NCBI GenBank assembly: GCA_964619955.1
Contig: CAZUJF010000004.1
Span: 74,595 to 138,594 of the forward strand
Reading direction: 5' to 3'
From: an uncultured Planctomycetales bacterium
GTDB taxonomy: Bacteria > Planctomycetota > MHYJ01 > JACPRB01
DNA: 64,000 bases
Made by a program: the position numbers and the translations under genes. Below are positions 39,013-48,021 of the stretch, piece by piece (the first letter of the stretch is position 1; each line of letters begins with the position of its first letter). The notes under the pieces were generated by a model. That model did no database searches. It saw nothing but the letters and a program-made list of their open reading frames with translations, and was not told where the DNA came from.

Positions 39013-40876
39013 CGTCCGATGCGGGATACTTCCCGAGCACCCGTTCGCGCAAGGGGACGAATTCCGAAAGGAAGAATTCGATGGCCGGCTTGAAGCCCCC
39101 GAACAGGGTCTCGTACTGCTGGATGGTCTTGCGGATACGGTCCGGATCAGCCTGTTTCAGGTCGTCGATCTCGCGGTCCAGGGTCCGTATGTCGAGGATC
39201 ATGGCCGAGACCTGCCGCTCGAGGATTTTCATGATTTCAGGGTCCCCGATGACCTTCTCCTGAAGCGACCTGAGCTTTCGGAAGTGCGACGGCATCTGTT
39301 CCCGGTCCAGCCGGTTGGAAGGATCCCGGCGGGCGACCTGTGCCGTCGTGCGGATGCCCTCCTCCGTCGCCTCCAGCATGTTCCTCAGGGCGGCAAGCAG
39401 GGCGGCCGTCCTACGGGCGAACGCCGGAAGGTCGACCTGCGGAGGGAGATCCGTCTGCGCGCGGATCAGATCGTCGAGCGGGAGTACCTTCGGGGCATAC
39501 CGATCGAGCGCCAGCGGAAGCGGCAGGTTTTCCGCCCCGCGGATCAACGCGCCGATCTCGCTCGTCTGGACGACCTTCGAAGGCGTCTTCGCGATCGCCG
39601 CCTCGAAGTGGACGATATAAGACGAGAAATTGGTGACCGTCCGGACGGGCTTCCCTTGCACGCCCGGCACCATCAACCATTTCTGAGTTTCCTGCCGGAG
39701 TTCCTTCCGGACGGAGTCCTGTACTCCTTCGGCGTGGGTGTGTTCCGACGGATAGCAGAGATCCACCCCGGTGAGGAGAATCGGGCCGGCTCCCGTCAGG
39801 CGGCTGAAGAAGAACGCGCTGTGGGCGACGCTGGTGCCTTTGTCCATGAACCCGAAATCACCCAGGAAGCTCCGGGACCACTCCTGAAGACCATGGGCCG
39901 TTTCGAACGTCGTCCGGCGCCCCTGAAAGGCGGACACGGTGCCGTGGTAGGCGTCCGGATCGTACAGCAGCACCGTGCGCTGCGGGATCAGGAAGCCCTG
40001 GAAGAACGTGGACGTGGCCTCCTTCATGTCCAGCGTGGCCACAAAGTGAGGATGAATGCCTTCCCGGACCAGAAGTCTCAGCGCCACGTCGGAGGCCACC
40101 AGGATTGCCCTATCCTGAGCGGCACGGAGATGCGGGATCGCCGCCGTCAGGGACGGTCCCGCACCGATCACGATGGCGGGGATCCCCTTGAACCGATCCC
40201 GGAAGCGGGAGGCAGGGCAGGAGACGGTCATGGCCTCGATGTTCCGGATGGCGTTCCGGTCCATGTCCTCGCTCTTCAGCAGGATCGTGGCCAGTTCCAC
40301 TTTCTGCCTCCGGACCGCGACGTCGACCTCGCCGGAAATCGCCTGGTAGAACTCCGGGAAGAACCTCAGGCAGGGGGGGTAGGACAGCAGATTGATCCGC
40401 AAGGCGCCCGAGCGCAGCAGGAATGACCGCAAAAAGGCCTGCGCGGCGACGGCTTCGCGACCCACCAGGAAAGCGATGTTGGCCCGAGCGAAGAGGGGCC
40501 CCAGATCCACGGATTCCAGGGCCGCGCGAAACAACCCTTCGTGGGCCTCGACGCACGCGATCCATCGCCGGGGCTCGGCTCGCCGGACCAGTTCGAGAGC
40601 GAGGTAGCCCAGCCCGATGCCGTTGAGCAGGTACGTGTCGTAGCCGGCGAGCGTGCGAGCGTCGAGAAACTGCGCGGCCTCCTGGATCGGATCGTATTCG
40701 GAATGAAGCCGGATCTCCTCGCCGTCATGGGCCAGCGCCTTCAGGGTGGGCGGACCCGAACGCGAGGCGGAGATCCGCAGGGAGGGGTCGGGCCATCGGA
40801 CGGCCCGCATTCGTTCGGCGAGGGGGGCATCCACCCGGGCCAGGCCTTCGAGGTTCCGATCGAAAAGCGTGCTCAT
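38999..40876 (-). CDS. Motility-accessory-factor (Maf)-like protein with MptE/DUF115 domain, putative flagellin sialic-acid-like glycosyltransferase
   Basis: 'IVIGAGPSL', 'LVASDVAL', 'HPHFVATLD' MptE-like core. About 625 aa from the Met at 40876 (ATGA overlap with the upstream gene). Sits next to the flagellin/pse genes. Confidence 0.65.
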   Translation of the reverse strand: MSTLFDRNLEGLARVDAPLAERMRAVRWPDPSLRISASRSGPPTLKALAHDGEEIRLHSEYDPIQEAAQFLDARTLAGYDTYLLNGIGLGYLALELVRRAEPRRWIACVEAHEGLFRAALESVDLGPLFARANIAFLVGREAVAAQAFLRSFLLRSGALRINLLSYPPCLRFFPEFYQAISGEVDVAVRRQKVELATILLKSEDMDRNAIRNIEAMTVSCPASRFRDRFKGIPAIVIGAGPSLTAAIPHLRAAQDRAILVASDVALRLLVREGIHPHFVATLDMKEATSTFFQGFLIPQRTVLLYDPDAYHGTVSAFQGRRTTFETAHGLQEWSRSFLGDFGFMDKGTSVAHSAFFFSRLTGAGPILLTGVDLCYPSEHTHAEGVQDSVRKELRQETQKWLMVPGVQGKPVRTVTNFSSYIVHFEAAIAKTPSKVVQTSEIGALIRGAENLPLPLALDRYAPKVLPLDDLIRAQTDLPPQVDLPAFARRTAALLAALRNMLEATEEGIRTTAQVARRDPSNRLDREQMPSHFRKLRSLQEKVIGDPEIMKILERQVSAMILDIRTLDREIDDLKQADPDRIRKTIQQYETLFGGFKPAIEFFLSEFVPLRERVLGKYPASDVDAR

Positions 40877-41484
40877 GCCCGGGTTTCGCCGAGGCGTCCG
40901 AGAGCCGCCAGAATCTGGCCCCACTCCGCAAGCTGCGGCTTCAATTCGTATTGCGCGAGGTCGCCCAGCTGAACGACATCGTTCTTCCGGAAAGCGTCCC
41001 GGAACCGCGTCAAGGACTCGACCACCTTGAGGATGAGCTCTTCCGCGGTACCGGCCGCACACGGAAGGGTCTTGAAATCCACCTGGAGGAGGCGACCGAG
41101 TTCCTGCATCGCCCCGGTCAGGAGCGCCCAGCCCCTGAAGCAGGCGTCGAAAGCCTTCAGGGCTCCGTCGTATTTCCCGGCGACCGTGAGGCTTCCCGCT
41201 TCATCATGACTTCGGCCGAGGCTCTCCAGATGGCGCTTGAGGTCGGCGATCATGCGGAGCGCGAAGGCTTTCGGCGTCGCGGTCAGGACGGCAAGCGCTC
41301 CAGGTGGAACGGAATCCCCGCCCCGTTCGGGAAGCAGTTCCACGGCCTTCCCTTCGACGCTCACGGAAACCAGCACCCGCTGCCGGGCTCCGCACCAGCC
41401 CCGCAGCTGCGCGAACAGATCCGAAATCGAGGGGTTCGAGGAGAGGCGAACCTCCTCCGGATTCCCGTCGATGGCGATGATCAT
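40873..41484 (-). CDS. Hypothetical protein, paralog B of the maf-flanking pair
   Basis: Start 'MIIAIDGN', end '...ELKPQLAEWGQILAALGRLGE'. Homologous to the 38341..38973 product. Confidence 0.6.
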   Translation of the reverse strand: MIIAIDGNPEEVRLSSNPSISDLFAQLRGWCGARQRVLVSVSVEGKAVELLPERGGDSVPPGALAVLTATPKAFALRMIADLKRHLESLGRSHDEAGSLTVAGKYDGALKAFDACFRGWALLTGAMQELGRLLQVDFKTLPCAAGTAEELILKVVESLTRFRDAFRKNDVVQLGDLAQYELKPQLAEWGQILAALGRLGETRA

Positions 41485-41492
41485 GGGCTTCG

Positions 41493-41521
41493 ACTATAGG
41501 CCCCTTCCCGAGGGGCGTCAA
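41493..41521 (-). promoter_or_regulatory. Consensus-like sigma-70 promoter (TTGACG-N17-TATAGT) immediately upstream of paralog B
   Basis: Minus strand reads TTGACGcccctcgggaaggggccTATAGTcgaagcccATG. The spacer contains the GCCCCT/AGGGGC hairpin that follows fliS. Confidence 0.5.
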
Positions 41522-41530
41522 TCCTCTCCC

Positions 41531-41986
41531 CTACCCCTCCAGGGCAAGGGGGGCCTCCCCGGCGGACACGGTCTGCACGGCCTCCTTGAGGGCGCGGAGC
41601 ATCGGAAAGCGCTCCTGCCGGTTCAGATCCATGGCTGCCGACCATGTATCCCGCAGATGAACGAGCACCTTCGACGCCTCTTCGGCAAGCTGCGGCTTGC
41701 GGTCGAGGTTGGCGCGGACCAGCCGGTTGTACACGAAGTCATAGAGGTCGGCGAGGGCCCGGTAGACCTCTCCGGGCATATCCTCCGGCTTGTGATAAGA
41801 CACCAACTCGAGGACGATCTTTTGAGCCCGGATCAGAAGGGCGCTGCAGGGCCCGAAGTCGTCGTCGCCGAATTTCGTCTTCGCCTGCTCGCAAAACCGT
41901 ATGGCCCCGTCGAAGAGCATGATGAACAGTTCCTCCGGGGTGGCGGTCCGAACCTTCGACTCCAGGTACTGGCGTGCGGGATTCAT
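41531..41986 (-). CDS. fliS: Flagellar export chaperone FliS
   Basis: 'YLESKVRTATPEELFIMLFDGAIRF' FliS signature. Confidence 0.9.
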   Translation of the reverse strand: MNPARQYLESKVRTATPEELFIMLFDGAIRFCEQAKTKFGDDDFGPCSALLIRAQKIVLELVSYHKPEDMPGEVYRALADLYDFVYNRLVRANLDRKPQLAEEASKVLVHLRDTWSAAMDLNRQERFPMLRALKEAVQTVSAGEAPLALEG

Positions 41987-42000
41987 GATGTCGTCCTCGA

Positions 42001-45000
42001 TTAGGTTCCCAAGATGCCCGACAGAAGCCCCTGAACGCGCTGCTGCGCGCTCTGCGATTGGGCGATGAGCCCCTCCAGGCGCGCAAAACGGAGGACCAGG
42101 TGGTCCGTCTGCCTTGCGAGACGCGCCTCGATCCGTTCCACCGACTCCTCCAAACGCTCAATCCCCTTCTGCAAGGTCTCCGAACGACGGGTGATCAACC
42201 CTTCGTCGCTCCGCGTGATGAAATCAAGCCGTTCATCCAGTCGCGCCGCGACGCCCGGATCGCCCCGGAGCAGCAGGAGATCCCCCCGGAGCACGTTCTC
42301 TCCTGCGGCGAGCGTCTTGGCGATCTTGAGTTCCGACGCCGCAGTGGAGCTGTTGAGATTCGTCACGCTCAGGGGATTCGTCTCGACCGGCGACGTATCC
42401 AAGAGCTCGACGGAGAAACCGTCGACGCCGATCCGCGCTTCGATCTTGCCGGAGTTCCCGGGGGCGCTGTTGATCGCGGACAACAAGGACCCCACCGTGC
42501 TGATGCCGGACAGGTCGATATCGAAAGCGGTCCCGTCCCGGGCCTTGATCCGGAAGTCGGCCCCGGGGACCTGGGAAACACCCCGTCCGTTGTTCAGATC
42601 GGCCAGGGGAGTGTCCACGCCGAGCTGGCGCTGCTTCAGGAAGAGCTGCTTGACGCCGTCGAAATCCGACGTCAGTTTCTCGTTGAATACCGAGGAATTG
42701 AAGTTCAGGGCGCCCTCCGCCGTCAGCGTCAGCCCGACCTCCGACATGGCATCGAGCTGGGAGACCGAGATCTCCCTGACGGGGTCGCTGATCAGTCCGC
42801 TCAGGTCCTGGGTGATCCTCCGGAGCACGCTCTCGCCGAACAGGATGCCCTTCTGGAAGGTCTCCGTGTTGAACGCGGTGAATTGCTTGATCTTGAGAAC
42901 GCTCTGGTTGAAGCTCTCCACGAAACGGCCCACCTGGTCCGTCACCGCCTGGGTGTCGCGGGACACGGTCACCGTCACGGGAGCGCCGCTCACCCCCCGC
43001 GCTTCCAGGACCAGGCCCGGTACCACGGTGTTGAAGACGTTGTCGGTGGAGGAGATCAGGGCGGGCTCGGTCGCCCCTTCCCCGGAACCGTACAGGAGCA
43101 GGGCGTCCTGGGCGGCCGCGCTCGCGGCGAACGTCAGTCCGGTGATGTCGGTGTCCACGAATACCCGGTTGGCCTTGCCCGTCTTGGAACTCGTGAGGCT
43201 CAGCCGATAGGGTGTCAATGGCGAACCATCGTTGATGATCGTGGCGCTTACGCCCACCTGGGCCCGGTTGAGCTGGTCCGCGATCTCCTGGAGCGTCGAA
43301 TTCGGATCGATCGCGACGGATTTCTCGAAACTGCCGTCGATTCGCCCCGGCGTGGCGCTTTTCGCCGTGCCCAGCAGATTCAGATCCCGTGCGGTCCGCC
43401 CGCCGTCGACCTCCTCCACTTTCAGGAGGCCGCCCCCGGCGCTGGCGTCGCTGAGCAGGATCCCGTCGCCGCCGTCGTTGATGCGGGCCAGAAACGAGGA
43501 GTTGCCGGCCGCCGCAGCCCCGGCGTTGATTTCCTGAACCACCCGGCCGAGGGTGTTGTCCCCCGTCTGGCTGAGATCCACGGTAAAGGCCCGGCCGACG
43601 GTGTCGGTGACCTTGAGTTTTCCCTTGGCGACCCCGAGGCCGCCGTTCAACTTCGTCAGCAGCGTGTTTTCCCCGAGAAAGCGGGGGTCGAGGTCCGACC
43701 CCTGAATGCGGTCGGAGGCCACGCTGGCGGCGATCCCGAGATCCGTCGCCGGGGCTCCCGACACGATCAGGTTCGACACCGAGACGCCGGTGGAGTCGTC
43801 CACCTTCAGACCGTTCCCCTGGGCGTTCAACGAGGCCTGCAGGCCGAGTCCCGCGGAGGCCGCCCCCCGGTTCAGGGTCCGGACGATGTCCGCGAGCGAC
43901 TCGTTCAAGGCGTGCACCGCATTCCCCGCGGTCGCCGTGCCCGACAGGTCCCGGTCGAAACCGACGGTCGCCCCGCTGATCTCCGTCACGGTGCGATACT
44001 CCGCTCCCGAGGAGGTCTGCACCCGGATCCGGTTCCCCACCGCAAACCCGTCCGCGGAACTCAAGGTCAGATGCTTGGCATCCACGACCGCCACGAGCGA
44101 GGCCTCCACCCGGGAGGACACATTGACGCTCGTCGATGCCCCCGAACGATCCGTCAGGCCGACGCTTCCCTCGGCGACCCCCTTGAGATCCGCCGCGACA
44201 CTCGATCCTCCGTTGATCAAGCCTCTCTGGAGGCTGTTGAGAGTCGGGAGCAGCGAGCGGCCCACCAGACGGCTCCCACTCAGCGCATCGGCGACGCCCG
44301 TCGACGCGTTCTCCGCGGCCACCTGCACGAACGACCCGCCGGAGCCGCCGCCCAGTCCGAGATCGGCGGCGGCAAAACTGTCCGTCGCGCTGCCGACGCT
44401 CAGGGCCTGCACACCCGCCGTATCGGAGAGTACCAGAGCATTCCCGGCAGTGGACAGGGAGGCGCTCAGGCTGGACCCAGCCGAAAGGGCTCGCGCATTG
44501 ATCAGGTCGACGACCCCCTGGAGGGTCGTCACCGTGGAGGCGAGGTCCACGGAAACCGCCGTGCCGTCCGTGTCGGTGATCGTGAAATCAACGGCCACGT
44601 CGCTGTTCCGGCGGACGCCCTGCCCCCCGTTCAGCGAGTCCAGGGTGTTCGAGGCTTTCAAGGTCAGGATGTCCGATCCGAAGACGAACTGGCTCGACCC
44701 CAGCACCACCCCGCTGCCGGCGATGCCCAGGGAACTGGCCGTCCGGTCCGCGCCGGCGTTTTCGATGCGGAACGTCCCGGCACCCCCCGCCAGATCCTCG
44801 ACGACGAGCCGGTTTCCCTGCACGGAGGCGCGGACGGACACCGAGGGCGCGGCGTTCAGGGCCTCCACGATCTCGGCGACATCGGTGACCCCTCGAAGGT
44901 CGACGGTCCCGCTCCGGCCCGCGGAATCCGTGATCTTGAGCGCTCCCCGGTCGAAGCCGGTCTGTCCGTTGAGGTACGCCACGTCGGTGGCCGGATCCAG

Positions 45001-45414
45001 TCCGGTGCCGCCGATCTGCACCCGCACGGTGCCGGCGGCGGTCGCCACGTTGCTCGCGTTCGCGTCGACGAAACCGTTGGAGAGCAACTGGGACGCCTGG
45101 GCCAGCCGCTTGGGCGTGAAACTGTAGCTGCCCGGCACGGCCACGGAGGATCCGGTGGCTCCGAGAACCGCCTCGTTGCTGGAGGCGGCCTTCGTGGACG
45201 CATAGATCCGCGGGCTTGAGAGGAGGCTCGTCGTGCTCTTCAAGGAAAGGAGCTGGACGTTGAGTTCCAGCAACGCCGTCTTGCGGGCGGTCTCCACCTC
45301 GATCTTGGCCTTGTACTGGTCGGCCGGCCGGCGCTGGACGGCGAGCATCTTCTCGATGATCGACGCGAAGTCGATCCCCGAGATCAGGCCATCCACGCGA
45401 ATCGGTCCGACCAT
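42001..45414 (-). CDS. fliD: Flagellar filament cap protein FliD (unusually large, 1137 aa)
   Basis: N-terminal 'GLISGIDFASIIEKMLAVQRRP...' and C-terminal coiled-coil FliD domains. Very long Ser/Thr/Gly-rich central region. Confidence 0.85.
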   Translation of the reverse strand: MVGPIRVDGLISGIDFASIIEKMLAVQRRPADQYKAKIEVETARKTALLELNVQLLSLKSTTSLLSSPRIYASTKAASSNEAVLGATGSSVAVPGSYSFTPKRLAQASQLLSNGFVDANASNVATAAGTVRVQIGGTGLDPATDVAYLNGQTGFDRGALKITDSAGRSGTVDLRGVTDVAEIVEALNAAPSVSVRASVQGNRLVVEDLAGGAGTFRIENAGADRTASSLGIAGSGVVLGSSQFVFGSDILTLKASNTLDSLNGGQGVRRNSDVAVDFTITDTDGTAVSVDLASTVTTLQGVVDLINARALSAGSSLSASLSTAGNALVLSDTAGVQALSVGSATDSFAAADLGLGGGSGGSFVQVAAENASTGVADALSGSRLVGRSLLPTLNSLQRGLINGGSSVAADLKGVAEGSVGLTDRSGASTSVNVSSRVEASLVAVVDAKHLTLSSADGFAVGNRIRVQTSSGAEYRTVTEISGATVGFDRDLSGTATAGNAVHALNESLADIVRTLNRGAASAGLGLQASLNAQGNGLKVDDSTGVSVSNLIVSGAPATDLGIAASVASDRIQGSDLDPRFLGENTLLTKLNGGLGVAKGKLKVTDTVGRAFTVDLSQTGDNTLGRVVQEINAGAAAAGNSSFLARINDGGDGILLSDASAGGGLLKVEEVDGGRTARDLNLLGTAKSATPGRIDGSFEKSVAIDPNSTLQEIADQLNRAQVGVSATIINDGSPLTPYRLSLTSSKTGKANRVFVDTDITGLTFAASAAAQDALLLYGSGEGATEPALISSTDNVFNTVVPGLVLEARGVSGAPVTVTVSRDTQAVTDQVGRFVESFNQSVLKIKQFTAFNTETFQKGILFGESVLRRITQDLSGLISDPVREISVSQLDAMSEVGLTLTAEGALNFNSSVFNEKLTSDFDGVKQLFLKQRQLGVDTPLADLNNGRGVSQVPGADFRIKARDGTAFDIDLSGISTVGSLLSAINSAPGNSGKIEARIGVDGFSVELLDTSPVETNPLSVTNLNSSTAASELKIAKTLAAGENVLRGDLLLLRGDPGVAARLDERLDFITRSDEGLITRRSETLQKGIERLEESVERIEARLARQTDHLVLRFARLEGLIAQSQSAQQRVQGLLSGILGT

Positions 45415-45430
45415 GCCGCTTCCCCCGAAC

Positions 45431-45841
45431 TCAGACTTCCTGATCCAGAATGACCCCCATCACATCGTGAAGCTTCCGGTGCAGTTCCAGCACTTCCTTG
45501 GCCGGCACCATCTTGACGACGTCGTTGGTCCGGCGGTCGATCACCTTCGCGTAGAACTCCTCGGTGCCCTCATAGACGTCGAACGCCAGGCGGTGTCCCA
45601 ATTCCTTGGCCACCCGGTTGAGCCGCTCGACCATCTTCTCGAGCCCCTCCTTGTCGCCTTCCTCGGGCTTCTCCGCCTCTTCTGCGGCCTCGACCGGCTT
45701 GACGGGGTCCTTGAGGACCCGGACATCCGCCTCTTCGGGAGGCGGGACGTCGGAAGGGAGAGGACGCTCACGCACTGGAGCCTTGTAGGGAGACAGCGAA
45801 AGCGGCTCCGGTCCGGGAGCAGATGAAAGATTCCCGATCAT
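45431..45841 (-). CDS. flaG: FlaG family protein
   Basis: C-terminal 'AFDVYEGTEEFYAKVIDRRTNDVVKMVPAKEVLEL' FlaG motif. Confidence 0.8.
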   Translation of the reverse strand: MIGNLSSAPGPEPLSLSPYKAPVRERPLPSDVPPPEEADVRVLKDPVKPVEAAEEAEKPEEGDKEGLEKMVERLNRVAKELGHRLAFDVYEGTEEFYAKVIDRRTNDVVKMVPAKEVLELHRKLHDVMGVILDQEV

Positions 45842-45906
45842 GACCCTACCCCACCCAACACACTCTTATCGGTCCGAACCATCTTCCCTCTGAAGACCCC
45901 CCGAAG

Positions 45907-45936
45907 GGGCCGCCCCGCATCCATGCAGGGCGGCCC
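45907..45936 (-). terminator. Strong hairpin downstream of the flagellin gene (attenuator/terminator-like) with UGGA apical loop
   Basis: Minus strand: GGGCCGCCC-uGCA-UGGA-UGCg-GGGCGGCCC. No long U-tract follows, so partial read-through into flaG-fliD-fliS is plausible. Confidence 0.45.
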
Positions 45937-45954
45937 CCGGGGTGGATTGCCGGA

Positions 45955-47655
45955 TTAGCCGAGCAGCTGGAGGACGGCCTGCGGGATCGCCCGCGAGGAC
46001 GCCAACGCCGCGATGCCCGACTGGAAGAGAATCTGGTTCCGCGCGAAACTGGCGGTCTCTTCCGCGAAGTCGAGGTCACGCAGGCTCGACAGCGAGGCCT
46101 GCAGGTTTTCGCTCACGACATCGATCGACTCGATGTTCGGCTCGAGGTTGAAGGCCGAAACGGCCCCCAGGAAGCCGCGCATCTGGGAGACCTGGTCGCC
46201 GGCCGCCTGAATGATCTTCAGGGCGTTCGCGGCGTTCTGGGTCAGGTCGTTGCCCTGACCCGTGCGAAGGGTGTTCAGGAAGCCGCCCATGTTCACCGCG
46301 CCCGAGGCGCCGCCGCTCGTGAACAGGCTGCCGCTGGTGGAGTCCGCATTGGCGAACTCGGCGTCCTTCAACGCTTCCGAGAGGACGTCGCGGAGGCTCT
46401 CGAAGCCGAGAGACGCGGTGCCGACGCTCCTGATGCCGAGCGAGAGCCGGTCCGTGACCGACGCCTGCTCCCGGAGCTGGAAGTCCAGACCGGTCCGGCC
46501 GACCTTGATCTGGATGCCGCTGCTGTAGGACGACACGGCCGAGGCCACCTCGTCGACGGCGGTGAGGCCGAAGGGGTGGTAGAGATCCGCGTTCACGTCG
46601 AAGGTGAAGCTCGCATTGGCCGTGTTGATGTTGAAATGCAAGCCCTTGCCGGTATACACGGAACCGTCGAACTTCATCTGGCCGTCGAGGCCCCGGTCGG
46701 AAACGAGCGAGCTGGAGGCCACGTGCTGGTAGAAGTCGGTGATGGATTGCGCCGAGAAGCCGGCCACACCGCCGCTGTAGACCAGCTTGCTCACATCAGT
46801 GACCGTCAGGCCGTTGTTCACCGCCTGGGCCGAGATGAACTGATCATTGCCGAAACCTTCGGATTGGAGCCTGACGTCCGCACCGTCCTGCGTTGCGAAG
46901 ACGCCCGTCCGGTCCGCCACGCCGTTGACCGCTTTGGCGATGCCCGAAGCCGTCTCCCCGGAAGCCAGGACGATGTCGGCCGTGCCCAGGGCGCCCGTGA
47001 TGCGGATCGTGGACGTCTGACCGCTGCCGATCGCGTTGGAGGCGACGGCACCGGCGAGGAGGAGTTCGGCCCGCTGCGCCGAACGCTCGAACTGGAGGGT
47101 CAGCGTGCGCTCCGTGTCGGCACCCGCGAAGTTCATGCTGCGGATGTTCACGTTGCGGAAAGCCTGATAGGTGGCGCCGTTGTTGTCCTCGGCCAGCGAA
47201 CCGCTGGTGCCGGTGACCTTGTAGCCGGCGCTGCCGTTCAGGAGCGCCCGGCCGGCGAAGCGCGTGGTGTTGGCGATGCGGTCGATCGCGTCCAGGGCCT
47301 GGTCGACCGAATCCTGCTCGGCCGCCACCTGCTCGGGACTGTTGGAGCCGCTGCTCATCGCGAACTGCAGCGAGTCCTGGATCGACGTGAGGAGGTCGCC
47401 GACCTTGGCCAGGGCGTTGTCCGCCGTGGACACGAGGTTCAGCGCGCTCTGGGAGTTCTCGGAGTTCTGCTTCAGGGCCGAGATCTGCTGGCGCAGCTGT
47501 TCGCTGATGACCAAGCCGGAGGGGTCGTCCGCGCCGCGGTTGATGCGCAGGCCGGACGAGAGACGCTCCAGGGTCTTGGATTGGGCGCGATCGGTCATCT
47601 GCAGGTTACGAATCGAGTTGACCGCCGCCGTGTTGGTGTTGATACGCAGAGCCAT
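45955..47655 (-). CDS. fliC: Flagellin
   Basis: Conserved N-terminus 'MALRINTNTAAVNSIRNL...LSSGLRINRGADDPSG' and C-terminus 'ASFARNQILFQSGIAALA'. 566 aa with a large variable centre. Confidence 0.95.
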   Translation of the reverse strand: MALRINTNTAAVNSIRNLQMTDRAQSKTLERLSSGLRINRGADDPSGLVISEQLRQQISALKQNSENSQSALNLVSTADNALAKVGDLLTSIQDSLQFAMSSGSNSPEQVAAEQDSVDQALDAIDRIANTTRFAGRALLNGSAGYKVTGTSGSLAEDNNGATYQAFRNVNIRSMNFAGADTERTLTLQFERSAQRAELLLAGAVASNAIGSGQTSTIRITGALGTADIVLASGETASGIAKAVNGVADRTGVFATQDGADVRLQSEGFGNDQFISAQAVNNGLTVTDVSKLVYSGGVAGFSAQSITDFYQHVASSSLVSDRGLDGQMKFDGSVYTGKGLHFNINTANASFTFDVNADLYHPFGLTAVDEVASAVSSYSSGIQIKVGRTGLDFQLREQASVTDRLSLGIRSVGTASLGFESLRDVLSEALKDAEFANADSTSGSLFTSGGASGAVNMGGFLNTLRTGQGNDLTQNAANALKIIQAAGDQVSQMRGFLGAVSAFNLEPNIESIDVVSENLQASLSSLRDLDFAEETASFARNQILFQSGIAALASSRAIPQAVLQLLG

Positions 47656-47666
47656 TGTTCAATCCT

Positions 47667-47697
47667 CCATGACTTCGGTCCTCGGCCATCCATGGCC
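47667..47697 (-). promoter_or_regulatory. CsrA-type binding sites in the flagellin 5' UTR (hairpin GGCCA-UGGA-UGGCC plus GGA over the SD)
   Basis: The mRNA reads ...gcGGCCAUGGAUGGCCgaggaccgaagucAUGGAGGAuugaacaAUG. One GGA sits in a hairpin loop and one overlaps the SD. csrA and fliW are encoded 1 kb upstream. Confidence 0.5.
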
Positions 47698-48021
47698 GCG
47701 ACCCTAATTACCTCCGGCCGTCCCGTACGGCGGTTCGACCGGCGTCGTTGGCTTGATTCCGCGCTATTTCAAGCGCGCGATCAACCCGTCATGCCACCTC
47801 CCAGCCGTCCACAGGCCCCACCCCGGCGGCTCTCGGAGGCCGCCCACTCCAGACCCGCCCACGCAGGCCCCAGAATTCATGGGGTGAGGGATAGCAAGAC
47901 CGGGGCCATGGCTGTTCCCCAGCTGAACAGAGTCGGGAGGAGCGCTTCCGACAGGAATGTGCCGACAATTTTGTAAGCCGGGGGACGAGCTTGTCGTGGG
48001 TTCCTTTTTGCAGGAACCGCC

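Noticed and set aside
47890-47912. TGGCCC-N5-TTGCT sigma-54-like element about 240 nt upstream of the flagellin ATG (minus strand), and a search for a sigma-28 TAAA-N15-GCCGATAA box
   Set aside because: The -24 box deviates at the conserved A/C position and the implied leader is long. No convincing sigma-28 consensus was found either, so the flagellin promoter class is left unassigned.
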